Shown piece after piece: positions 1 to 10,540 of a stretch of DNA of 64,000 nt. Positions within the stretch are counted from its first letter, which is position 1, and the number at the start of each line of letters is the position of its first letter. Location: the NCBI GenBank assembly GCA_001179505.1, contig CDMY01000897.1, forward strand, positions 1 through 64,000. The letters are read 5' to 3'. The notes under the pieces were generated by a model, which did not search any database, was not told where the DNA came from, and saw only the letters and a program-made list of their open reading frames with translations. Position numbers and translations under genes: made by a program. This DNA is from Vitrella brassicaformis CCMP3155. Its lineage: Eukaryota > Protista > Chromerida.

Positions 1-615
1 GGGGGGACGGCCCTGGGGGTGCATATCGACGTCGTCAGGCGCCGCGCATCGGGCAGCGGCAAGCGGGGCAGGGAGACCGGGTGGCGGCACTGGGGCCGTC
101 TCTCGAGGGGAGTCGTCCGAACTCGTCGCAGCCCAACGGCAAGGCCGCCCGGCCGCTGTCCGCTGTACCAGGTGACGGCGGCTTTCCTTTCGGCCGCCTC
201 TGCGGCGCTTGGGGCGCTGCTGCTGGGAGGGGGTGGCCGGAATGGGGGTCCCGGGAAGGCGGGTGTTGTGCCAACGGCGAGAGCGCCGAAGCCCGTCGGG
301 GCCGCTGCCGAGTAGCCACGGTGCGTACGCATCTTGGATAGCGTCGACGGCTGAGGACGGCAGCTCCAAGGCGGTGGCGAACTCGTCGATGCCGGAGCGC
401 AGGAAGGCCACGGCTGATGCGCCAGGGTCTGCCTCCCAGGTCTCCATGGCCCATTGGTGGAAGCCGCTGGCGATGTCGAGGGGGATGCCAGTGTCCGCCA
501 ATGCCGCAAGGGCGGCAGAGGATGCGTTGCGTGGGGCGGGGAGGGGTGAGGAATCATCCGCCGGGTAGGGCGGGGAGGAGGGCAGGGGGCCCATGGGCGG
601 GAGGGCGGACGCCAT
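1..615 (-). CDS. Possible 5' part of a hypothetical Pro/Ala-rich protein, open to the window edge
   Basis: Stop-free minus frame from ATG 615 to base 1 (MASALPPMGPLPSSPPYPADDSS...AVAFLRSGIDEFATALELPSSAVDAIQDAY...). It is absent from the ORF track because it has no stop in the window. Below ~310 other frames look equally protein-like, so it may be frameshifted or degenerate. Confidence 0.25.
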   Translation of the reverse strand, partial: MASALPPMGPLPSSPPYPADDSSPLPAPRNASSAALAALADTGIPLDIASGFHQWAMETWEADPGASAVAFLRSGIDEFATALELPSSAVDAIQDAYAPWLLGSGPDGLRRSRRWHNTRLPGTPIPATPSQQQRPKRRRGGRKESRRHLVQRTAAGRPCRWAATSSDDSPRETAPVPPPGLPAPLAAARCAAPDDVDMHPQGRPP

Positions 616-770
616 GGGGTCGGCGCCGTCTCCCGTGGGAGCCTCGAGCGCGTTCAGTGGGCAGCGCAGGTCTACCCGAATGTGTCAGGCATCAGATGCG
701 GAACGGGTTCAGTTCCCGAGGAAGACTCTTTTGGCAGCGACGGCCGTCGAACAGCCCGAGCGAAGCGAGG

Positions 771-888
771 GCACCTGTGAGTCAATCAGCGATGAACGCA
801 CCTGTGAGTCAATCAGCGAGTGAACGCACTCCGTTCAGCGCGGAGTTCGGGGGTGAGAGGAAGATCTGCACTCCGTTCAATGCGGAGT
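771..888. promoter_or_regulatory. Repeated motif cluster between divergent ORFs: two 22-bp direct repeats and two palindromes
   Basis: GCACCTGTGAGTCAATCAGCGA at 771-792 and 798-819, each containing TGAGTCA. ACTCCG-N7-CGGAGT at 828-846 and 870-888. The regulatory role is inferred from position only. Confidence 0.35.
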
Positions 889-1046
889 TGCACCAATATC
901 TATATTTCGCATCCTTCAATTCATTCCATCCGCAATCTCAAAGCCAAGCTCGCATGGAGTTGCTGGGCGAAAGGAAACACTGGACGGTGCAACAGCCTGG
1001 GCACAGGTGTAGGAAAGAGCATCATTCCGTTTTGCATCTGTGACAA

Positions 1047-3765
1047 ATGGCGAGGGAAACGTCTCTGCTGAGCGTGAAAGTTCTTTATTTCCTGCAAGCA
1101 GGGTCTGCCGCCTGCTTCTTCCGGTTCTCGGTGGTCTTCTTCAACTACATCGGGCTGCCCGCACACTTCATCGGCATCCTCGAGTCCATGGGACCTCTCG
1201 TCGGCTTCGTCGGCGGCCTGGTCTGGAGCGGCGTGGCGGACTACCTAGGGTGAGCGAAGGGGAGGAGAGGAGAGATGACGCCCCGCAATGAGGCAGTAGT
1301 GCGGATCTGATCTGGATCTCTTGCGTATGCGTGTGTGTGTGCGTGTGTGTCTGTGTTGCCTCAGTGACAGGAAGCTTGTGATAGTGTGCACCAATATCTG
1401 TGCGGTGAGTGCGTGGACGTCCCTGCTGCTGCCCTTCATCCACAGCCACTTCGCCCTCACATTCCTCACCGTATTCATCGCCACCTCATGCGGCTCGGCC
1501 TACGGACCCCTCGCTGACTCCCTCGTACTCGAGGCCATCAAGCGGCACAGACTTAAGCAGCTGACCGAAGACGAAACCGCCACTGACGCAGACAGGACGC
1601 AGTACATCAGCAGCAGCAGCAGCGGCATCAGCCCGGAGGAGTCCACCACGTCTGTGGAGAGGGTGACGCTGCAGCTGGAGGATGGTGTGAGTGGTGGTGT
1701 GGCCGACAAGAGGCGGCAGCTGGGTGAGCCTTTGCTGCTGGCGAATGGGGAGGTGACCCCGATGTCGCGGTATCCATCCTTGAGCCGCTTCATCAGCCGG
1801 CGGTTCAGCTGGAGGGGACAGCAGTTCCGCACCGCTGCAAGGAAGGCGTCATATGGCCACCAGAGGTGCGGTGCGAATGTATGGTCGGTGGCTGCAGCGT
1901 GGGATGATTTTGGTTGTCGGCGTGTGTTGTGTTGTGTTATGTTGTCCATGGTGTGTCTGGTCTGTCTGGTCTGTTTGTTGCAGGTTGTGGGGTGCGGTGG
2001 GGTGGGGGATGTTTTCGCTGCTGACCGGTCTGCTGGTGGACCACCTGGGCATCCCCACCATGTTCGCACTCTACGCCACCGGGCAGGTCCTCGTCATATT
2101 GGTCAGCCAGCCAAACAAACTGACAACGCAGGCATCGAAATCATCTGCCTGGTGCGTTGCTCGACTACTGATGCTGTCTGTTTTGTTTCCCCCAGGTGCT
2201 CGTGACATCCTTCCCGTCGCCGCCTAAGAAGGTCCGCCCACTAGTGGCTCCGCAGAACCAGCAGACACATCCACCTGAACCGACTGAACCATCACAAGCC
2301 GCCCCCGAGCACCCCCTCAGGAAGCGCTCGGAGTCGCTCTCTCTCGGCGGCGCGTACAGCCCCTTCCCAATGTGTGAGGTCTGCCTGGCCCCCTGTGCAC
2401 ACCAACACATGCCGCAGCAAGATGAAGGAACCCAGACGTCAGCCGGGAGCAACGTCGAGGAGGTGAGGTGGCAGAACGGCGGTTTCCTGGCGTCGACCGG
2501 CAACAGTGACAACAACAGTGTGTGGCCTGAGGCGGTGGATATGCGTGGCCTGCGGCCGATGCCGAGCACCTGCACCGCCTGCAGGGATGAGAAGGAGGCG
2601 ACGGTGCTGATCAACGGGTGGCGGGACAGACAGGGGAGGGCTCATGGGGATGGGGACGGCACGGGGAGAGAAAGCGAGCCTAAGCCGGTGACGCCATCGG
2701 CCGCGAGCGGCTCGCCGCGGTCCCCCAGGTCACTCAAGCGGCTGCTGAGATTCGAGATCATCTGGTGAGTGGAGATGAGGGATGCATGGACACACCACAC
2801 CACACCACACCACATGGCCCATTTATTCCATGTCTGTCTGTACGTCTGTCTGTCTCCCTGCCTGCCTGCCTACGATTGATGTGTGAGTGCAGGTTGCTGT
2901 TGAATCTGTTCATGTTTGGGTTTTGCATGAGCTTGGTTGAGCAGTACCTCTTTCTCTACCTGGTGCAGTACTTCCATGCCCCCACCTTCCTACTGGGGCT
3001 GTCCATCTTCATCATGACCGTCGCAGAGCTGCCTTTCTTCTACTACGCTGAGGACGTTGTCAGGCTGCTCAAGCCACAGGTGGGTGCGTCTGGTCTGTGA
3101 GGCTCAGGGAGGGAGGGAGGGAGGGAGGGAGGGGAGAGGGAAACCGTTAAGTGAGAATATCGTGAACGACTCTGGCGTGTTTGGTTTGTGGCTGGCGCGC
3201 ACTGCAGGGCGTGTTGACGCTGGCTCACGTGACGTACGCCGTGCGTGTCTTCATCTACACTCTCATACCCAAATCAAACCCATGGTCAGTGAGTGAAGAA
3301 GCAAGAGAGAACGCACGCACTTGCGCGCGCGTCGAATGGTCATGCTCTCTCTTTTCAGGTTGGTGTTGCTGTGTGAGCCGGCTCACGGCATCACGTTTGC
3401 GGCCATGTGGTGCACGGCCGTCTCGTACGCCAACCAGCTGGCACCCACCGGGCTCGAAACACTCATGCAGGGGTTCGTGGGCGGCTTCTACCGAAACCTC
3501 GGACAGGTAAGTAAACGAGTGGTGAAAATGGGACGGACAGAGAAGGAAGAGTGGCGCCGCCTCGCTCATTCTCTCTGCATCCATGTGTGTGTGTGCATGT
3601 CAGGGTCTTGGTTGCATCGTGTGGGGAGCGTTGTGGAAGACGGTGGGGGCTGACGTGCTGTACCGCTCGGCGGCTACATTTGTGCTGCTGTGGTCGGTGG
3701 CATTCAACCTGGTCCCATACCTCAGGAACAAGCGGCGGCGGCACATTGAGGCAGACCGTCACTGA
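1047..3765 (+). CDS. MFS transporter, MFSD6/MFS_1_like family (about 8 exons)
   Basis: Spliced peptides include MARETSLLSVKVLYFL...WSGVADYLG, YGHQRLWGAVGWG (joined across the 1866-1983 intron), LFLYLVQYF...AELPFFYY, EPAHGITFAAMW and LGCIVWGALW. Canonical GT-AG junctions keep the frame. A long hydrophilic loop lies at 2198-2765. Confidence 0.85.
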
Positions 3766-4527
3766 GTGAGGTCGCTGCGCCTGCCAGCCAGAAACGGCAG
3801 CGCGTCCGTGTGTCTGTCTTGTCTGTGTGTACAGAAAGCTAGATGGCATGGCATGGGATGGGACGGGATGATTCCATCCATCCACACGCAATCAATCAAT
3901 TATAGCGTTTTTGCTCTTCCCGCTGCGGTGCGGCAGTGTCTGCGAGAGGAGGGGCTGTCTTTGTGTGAGTGGGCCGGGCCTGGCCTGGCTGGGCTGTCTG
4001 TCGGTCTTTGCATTGTTTGCCTGTCTGTCTGTCTGCCTTTGAAATGGTGGGTGGCTGTCTTGCGCCATACAGTGAACACAATGGCTTGTTTTGGCGTTCA
4101 TACGTGGGTTTCATTCCCGTGCTGTGTTGTGCCTGTTGATAGCTAGAGGTGGTTTGTCGCTCTTGTGTGCGTGAGGCGAGCCTCCTCACCCCCTGCTTAA
4201 TTGCGCGCAACACAAGGAAGCGTGTTGCCAGTCGCCATCGGTGCTACGCGCGAAGCGAAATTCAGAGTCGACAACCAACGATGCCCGAGAGAGAAGCGAA
4301 AACGGTCAAAATTGTACAGTGTAAGCCTGGTAGGTGATTTCGCAGCAAAGTTTACATTTGTTTACATTGGCAAAGCTATGTATTTAGGCGTTAGAGCGTT
4401 ATTGATCTTCCTTGGATTGTCTTCTGTTGACGTCCTGCTTTGCGTCGCGCGCCATCCTACTCCCCTCCTGCTTTCTTATCCTTGACTTCTCTTCTGTGCC
4501 TTCTCCTCCCTCCCTGAGCCCGCCAAA

Positions 4528-6946
4528 ATGCGTGTTCTTCTCGTCGCTGTGGCCCTCCTCGCGGCATTCCTCCCTGCCCTGGCAACACCTGCCCTGCAAG
4601 GGCAGAGCGGCCGGTTTTTGGCCGGCGACGACGTGAAGGTTGGAAACGTCATCTTCCTCCACGTAAGTAGACAGACACACACGCAGAGAGGCACGCGGCG
4701 CATGAGAGCTCTCGTATCTGTCTGTCTGTCTGTCTGTCTGTGTCTGTGTGTGTGTCTGTGTGTCTGTGTGTCTGTGTGTCTGTTTCATTCAGGCTTGCGG
4801 CACTGGCATGGTAAGCAAGCCCGTCCTTTCGCTTGCTTTGGTCGGTCTCGTGTGTGTGATCTCGTCTGTCTGTCTGTCTGTCTGTGTCTGTGTGTACGCG
4901 TGTGCACGGCAGAACACCTTGAATCTCGGGCGCACGTACTGGGCGGGCCCCGACGACCGCGAGAAGTGGAACTGGGACCAGATACCCGAGATGGCAGTGT
5001 ACAGAGCCCATATGAAGGACCAGCTCGTCGGCACCCACAACGGCGGCGCCACCATTCATGCCTTCGGTGAAACCGCACCACACAACACGAAGAGACACAC
5101 CCATATGACGTGCGTCCTGTCATGATGTCATTACTCAGGTTACAAAGTGGACGCCGACTCCTTCGGCCAAGACGGCGACCGCTCCATCAAGGCTCTGAGC
5201 GGCTTCCCTGGATCAATCTTGCGCGAGGCGCAGCACCATGGCATGCCCACGGCCCTGACGAACGACGGCAGTCTGGCTGTGCCCGGGACTGGAAGCTTCA
5301 CGTCAGAGGTCGACCCGGAGGCTCGGACCTCGGCAGAAATCGTTCGACAGATCGTCGACGGTCGCCCGGGCTTCGAGAATAAAGATTTTCCCCCTGAGGT
5401 GCTGCTGGCGGGCGGAGAGTCCCTCTTCCTTCCCGAGGGGACGCCCGAGTGCGGTGAGAAGATTACCCATGACTGTTTCGTCCATAAGGACCCGGTGAGG
5501 GACACGGTGACAGAGGGACACGGTGACACAGAGCGCGTCTCTGTGACCACACATCCTTATCTTTCAGGTATCCGGCGCGGGGCCCCAACGTACCGACGGG
5601 CGCAACCTCATCCGCGATCTCGCCAACAGAGGGTATACCGTCATCCGCACTCGCCAGGAGTTCGACGAGCTCCTGCACCGCATTGAGTCGGACCCTCACT
5701 TCTTTCCCAAGGTATGGAGGGGTGAGGGGGACAGACTATTTTTGACGTTATGGTGAGCTGGCTTCGCGCTCGTCGTCACGACACATGCCATGCTTGTTTC
5801 TGCCTGCGTGATCGACTCGTTCAGGTGCTGGGGCTCTTTGCGCGCGGCGACACTTTCAACGGCGAGACCGAGGAGCAGTTGATCGAGGATGGACTGGTGA
5901 TCGAGGAGAGAGCCGGCACCAAGGAGGGCCGCCTCCTCCTCTTCGGCGGTCGACCGGGCACGAGGTCCTTCAACCCGCCGTCCGCTGCAGAGCTGGGCAA
6001 GATGGCTCTTTTGCTCATCAAGCGCTTCAGCAATGCCGCCGGCAAGCCTTTCTTCGCCGCGCTTGAGTTGGAGAGCACAGATGACTTCCCTAACATCGCT
6101 AACGTAAGGCTTACGACAGTGACAATGGCAATCGACACTCGTATATAGTGCGCACGCCATTGTGTGGCTGTCTGGTGCTGCTGATGTCATGATGCAGGGC
6201 ATCGGAACGCTCAATGCCGTCAAGCGGGCGGATGACCTCATCGGCGTGGTGCGCGACTTCTTTGAGAACGTGGACCCACATTCGTTCGGCATCCTCCCCC
6301 CTGTCAAGTAAGCCAGAGAGGAGGGGGATGGGGCTGGGGGTGGGGAAGGAGCCGCGAAAGCGGCCAACGTCTGGTGTGCTGTGTGTGTGCCATGCGCGCA
6401 GTGACGCTGGTGGCCCCCAGTTGTTCATCCCAATCGTTGACGACGAGGGCAAGGTCACGATTACTGGCGGCAACCCGAGCCTCGAAAACGAGGTACAGAC
6501 TCTCTGTGTGTGTGTCGTGAGGGTGGCGGCACATGACCATCGCTGATTTTTTCTATTTCACAGCCTGTCGGGATCTTCCCACTTGACGGCTTTGAGGGCC
6601 GCAACACCCTTCCCTTCGAGTCGGCGCCAAACGCCTTCGGCTTCATCCAGAAATTTGCCATTGGTAAGTGGAGTGAGACATGCACATACGCATTCCTTGA
6701 ATGCAAGGCAGCTCTGACTGTTTCTCTGGGGTGTATTTGTTTTACTGTGCAGGCTACGTTGGCACTGAGGACGTCCATGGTGCGATTTTGGCTCGTGCAG
6801 GGGGCATCAATGCACACCTGCTGCGCGACAAGTTCTCCGTGTTTTTCGACAACACGGATGTCTACCGCCTCATGTACTTGTCGCTCTTCGGCAAATTCCT
6901 CCCTGAGTCCTACGGCCAGAATGCCCCCGACCGGGACGGCCATTAG
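4528..6946 (+). CDS. Secreted alkaline-phosphatase (PhoA)-fold protein with substituted active-site residues, 10 exons, about 526 aa
   Basis: Exons 4528-4662, 4793-4810, 4913-5066, 5139-5494, 5568-5711, 5825-6103, 6198-6307, 6402-6492, 6564-6663 and 6753-6946 total 1581 nt in one open frame. Signal peptide MRVLLVAVALLAAFLPALA. AP-like motifs: NVIFLHACGTG, GGATIHAFGYK, GRNLIRDLANRGYTV, LGLFA, FFAALELESTDD, DNTDVYRLMYLSLFG. Confidence 0.88.
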
Positions 6947-7002
6947 ACGGATGGAAAAGTGGCTAACTTTGTAACTTTTTTTTCTCGTAGTCGTACGGGA
7001 TG

Positions 7003-7498
7003 ACTGTTGCTGCCTCGTATGGAGCGCTGTGTGGGGAGCGTTGCATACGGGGTTTTGCACAGCGAGTGAAGGGGATGGTTTCGTACGAACGCATGTGAGT
7101 GAGAAGGGGTGTACGTGCCACTGGCTCGACAGCAAATGAGGGGCGTCACTGTCGCTGTTCTCGACAGCAAGCGCTGTTTTCGACGGCAAGTGAGGGGCGT
7201 CACTGTTGCTGTCTCGTGGTGCATGGAGCGGTGTGTGGGGGGGCGTTGCACACGGGGCTTGACAGCGAGTGAAGGAGATGTTTTCGTACGAGTGCATGCG
7301 AGTGAGAAGGGGTGTACGTGGCTTGACGGCGAGTGAGGGGCGTCACTGTCGCTGTCCTCGACAGCAATGCTGTCCTCGATGGCAAGTGAGGGGCGTCACT
7401 GTTGCTGTCTCGGTGCATGGAGAGTTGTGTGAGGGAGCGTCGCACACGGGGCTTGACAGTGAGTGAAGGAGAATATGTTTCGTACGAGTGCATGTGAG
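7003..7498. repeat. Degenerate tandem repeat, about 2.5 copies of a ~197-bp unit with internal sub-repeats
   Basis: Units start ACTGTTGCTG(C/T)CTCG at 7003, 7202 and 7398. Shared blocks include GAGTGAAGG(G/A)GA, TTTCGTACGA and GAGTGAGAAGGGGTGTACGTG. TGAGGGGCGTCACTGT(C/T)GCTGT occurs twice per full unit. Confidence 0.85.
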
Positions 7499-8383
7499 AT
7501 GTCCAGGACAAGCGGAGGTCGTCGCAAATTACCGTTTTTCATACCGTTTCCAGTGGAAAGAAACGCCATATTTGCTGTTTTTCTGTGCGAGTGGGGTACG
7601 TGGGGATGTTGCGTGCTTTCTGCCGTGGCTTGCGGCTGCCCCCCCCCCTCCCCGTCCCCCTCCCCGTCCCCCTCCCCTCTGCTCTCTGCTCTCTGATTTC
7701 TGTGCGCGCGCGACCCACTTGTCTGTCTGTCTGTCTGTGTCTATCTGTGGCGACTAACTCTGGGCAGCGGCTGTGAGTGTATGGCGGCCAGCGTCGTCGG
7801 TTCGACGACACTTTCATACTCTTAGCGGGCACCACTGTTGCTCCATTTTCCGTGCTGCCGTCGAATTTTCCGTGAGTGGGGTGGGGAGTGTGAGCATGTC
7901 TCACGTAGCGCGCTGTCTTTTAAGCCGGACAAATGCTCACTTGCGCATGTCGAGTGTGGCATGTCCTCGTGTTTATGAGGCCGGCTGTAATTAAAAGAAT
8001 GCGTGAAGTGAGACACCCACCCCGCCCACCCCACCGTGAGAATGGATAAGCAGGCAGGCAGGCTATGTGTGTTGTTTTGCTTTTGGAGTACCTTGCATTG
8101 CCTGACTAGAGTGTGAGTGTGTGTGGTTTCTGGGACTCGCTAGCGAACCTGTAATCAATACCATAGCCACCGTTGTCTCTCTGCCATCGACTCGATCACG
8201 CACCCACCACGCACCACCTCAGCGTGCGCACCACAGACATAACACACGTACACAGACATAACACCATGGCCATGGATCGATCGGCCTCTGTATACAAACG
8301 CATACGTACACATGTATAGTATACATGTACACAAGGCCAGGAGAGGATCGTGTCTCTCACCATCGCTTACTCGGCCGAGCCAG

Positions 8384-9076
8384 TCAAACCACCATCATCA
8401 AGAAAGCTACAACCCTGGGGGTACGTCCGCTGCGCATGCTGGTGTATTGTGAAGCAAAGACACACACACACGCAAAGACACACACACACACACAGACAGA
8501 GAGAGAGAGAGAGAGGTATCGTCCATCCATCCATCCATCCCATCTGTCCATCCATTCATCGGCCATGTCGCCTTCTCCCTGACGGCCACCGCCGCAGGCA
8601 AGAGAGCAACGTCGAAACATGGGACGGAGCGAGCTCAACAGAAAGGACATGTTATCGTCCAGCCGGGCGGGATTGTGCTGCAGAATCATTGACAGCCGGT
8701 CGATGAGCAAGATGACCCTGAAATACATGGCCCCCCCCCCACGAGCGTTGCCGCCGAGCCTCTCTCGCATGCGACACGGCTCTAGACGTCTGTTCTGTCT
8801 ATGTGTTGGTGTGTTGAGGGCGAGTGGGTACGTCCCGAATGTGCTGGTGGGCCAGAACACCGACCAATGCTCAAAGGTAGCGGTGCTCAAGGATATCCGC
8901 CTCCTTCTTGCCGTCATCACCGTTGCATGCGCAGCCTTCTCCTTCTTGGCACCGCCCACCGTCACCGTCACCATCACGTCGCCATGGCATTTCGGCGCTT
9001 CAATGTGATGTCGACGCGATGGATTCAGACGCGAGTAGGTCGGCATATACGTGCAGCTGACGCGCAGCGGCGACAA
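8384..9076 (-). other. Possible degraded coding remnant; strand and structure unresolved
   Basis: The 230-codon ORF has protein-like stretches (YFRVILLIDRLSMILQHNPARLDDNMSFLLSSLRPMF) but runs into microsatellite. Intron-like signals exist on both strands. Confidence 0.2.
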
Positions 9077-9233
9077 TTATTGTCGTATGACACTGAACAC
9101 TCTCGGTTGTCACTTGATTGATGCATACGTATACACGTCCGTATGTCTGTCGAATCATACATATACACACACACGTCCAGTGCAATGTCGGTCAGTCAGT
9201 CACCTAATACACCGCATTCTCCCTGGCCCCTGC

Positions 9234-9490
9234 TCATTCATCTTCACTCGGCAGCCCAGGCACGTCCTTGATCACCACTGCACTCTTCGCGACCGGCCTC
9301 CTCTCCCCGGGCAGCGTCACCAGATCGAACCGAACCCTTTCGCCAACAGTCAGCTCTTCACTGAAGTGCCTCTCCCCTCGCCAACATGACATCGTTCATG
9401 TGCAAAAAGACGTCTGGACCGCCGGTGGCTGGTTTGATGAATGCATAGCGCTTGTTGCGGAGCACCAAGCTTGACGCAGAAGCCATCCAC
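9234..9490 (-). pseudogene. Cold-shock domain (CSD/OB-fold) remnant with frameshifts
   Basis: Three frames combine to DGFCVK / LVLRNKRYAFIKPATGGPDVFLHMNDV / EELTVGERVRFDLVTLPGERRPVAKSAVVI. This matches the CspA pattern VKW..K.FGFI....G.DVFVH....L..G..V.F. The frame changes near 9470 and near 9360-9380. Confidence 0.55.
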
Positions 9491-9805
9491 GTTCTCGGCA
9501 GTTGTGGCAGCTGCAGACGGGGTCGTTCCAAGGTTGCGGGAGAAGGGGAGAGGAAGTCGTGCTCTCGCTGCAGCCTGCTGGATGGCCCTCATCCCTCATC
9601 TATGTACGACTCATCCCTGCATCAACCACAAGAAGATCGATGCATAATTCCATCTTCTTGTGCATTCAATCTTCTTGTATCTCAACGAATACACCGCCAT
9701 GACTGGTCGAGACAATTGTCCATGAGCGTATCACCGGCTCGTGTAGTCGTATGCTCCCCAATGCCAATGACATACTCCCATCAGTTGTCCACACTCTCAC
9801 TCTCA

Positions 9806-10528
9806 TCACTCATCATCAGCCCCTCCCGCAAGCCATGCGGGCCAGTCAACAGCATCTGGGGCCGGTTCAGGCAGCGATGCCCGGAGGGACGCCCACCAGT
9901 CAGCTGAACTTTCCGCTTGAGAGGCCTCCTTGATCACCTCTCTCGGGATATCCCTCAAATTCTCCCTGTCCAGCCCCAGCCCTTTCTGTCCCTCCCCCTG
10001 TGACAGCTTCTTGGTTGCCCGGAGGCGCCGCCCGCAGCCCCATGTCCCTGCTTCCACGCCATAGTCCATAGCGCAGGTCTTGCACGCACGGACGGAGGCC
10101 TTGTTCTTGATGTCCTCCCCGACGACACGCTGAGGGCATGTCAATCTCCACTCCCGCTTGTTGGGGTAGTCCTCGTCGGGCACGCCGCAGCCATTCGCTA
10201 TCACCTTGCTCATGCCACCACACTGTCTCATCTCATCAAGCTGCTGGTCAGTGGCCTGAAACCACACATGAATTACCCAGCAAATGTCCTCGAAGTCGGG
10301 GTTGAACTGAACGCTGATGCCGAGAGGTGCGTCCGTTGCGAGCAGGCATCGATCTCTGCGTCCGACCGCAGACTCCGCGCCGATGCTAAGGCCTGAATGC
10401 AGATCTCTCGTACCATGAAGATCCGCCGACTCATCCCCGTCACTCGCAAGCCTCAGCACAAAAAAGCAACGAGACGGCTTCATCTGCAAGCTCGGCGTGG
10501 GGGATGGTGGGGGCGCAGTCTCAGCCAT
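9806..10528 (-). CDS. Hypothetical protein, apparently intronless
   Basis: Uninterrupted frame of about 240 codons from ATG 10528 (MAETAPPP...) with coding-like composition (GISVQFNPDFEDICW...ASVRACKTCAMDYG). No family recognised. Confidence 0.4.
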   Translation of the reverse strand: MAETAPPPSPTPSLQMKPSRCFFVLRLASDGDESADLHGTRDLHSGLSIGAESAVGRRDRCLLATDAPLGISVQFNPDFEDICWVIHVWFQATDQQLDEMRQCGGMSKVIANGCGVPDEDYPNKREWRLTCPQRVVGEDIKNKASVRACKTCAMDYGVEAGTWGCGRRLRATKKLSQGEGQKGLGLDRENLRDIPREVIKEASQAESSADWWASLRASLPEPAPDAVDWPAWLAGGADDE

Positions 10529-10540
10529 CCAAGTCCAAGG

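Noticed and set aside
7003-7498. Repeat array as a CRISPR-like locus
   Set aside because: The whole ~197-bp unit is repeated with no unique spacers, there are no cas genes, and the context is eukaryotic.
7500-8000. Short exon-like segments downstream of the tandem repeat
   Set aside because: I could not join them into a frame-consistent model with a start and stop.
8860-8990. In-frame TGA in a minus frame (DILEHRYL*ALVGVLAHQHIRD) as selenocysteine or readthrough
   Set aside because: There is no recognisable selenoprotein context or SECIS, and the region looks degenerate. All confident genes use the standard code.
10258-10278. 21-nt GTAATT...TTTCAG segment as an ultra-short intron
   Set aside because: It is in frame with no stop, so nothing requires splicing. 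The other introns I modelled are over 40 nt.
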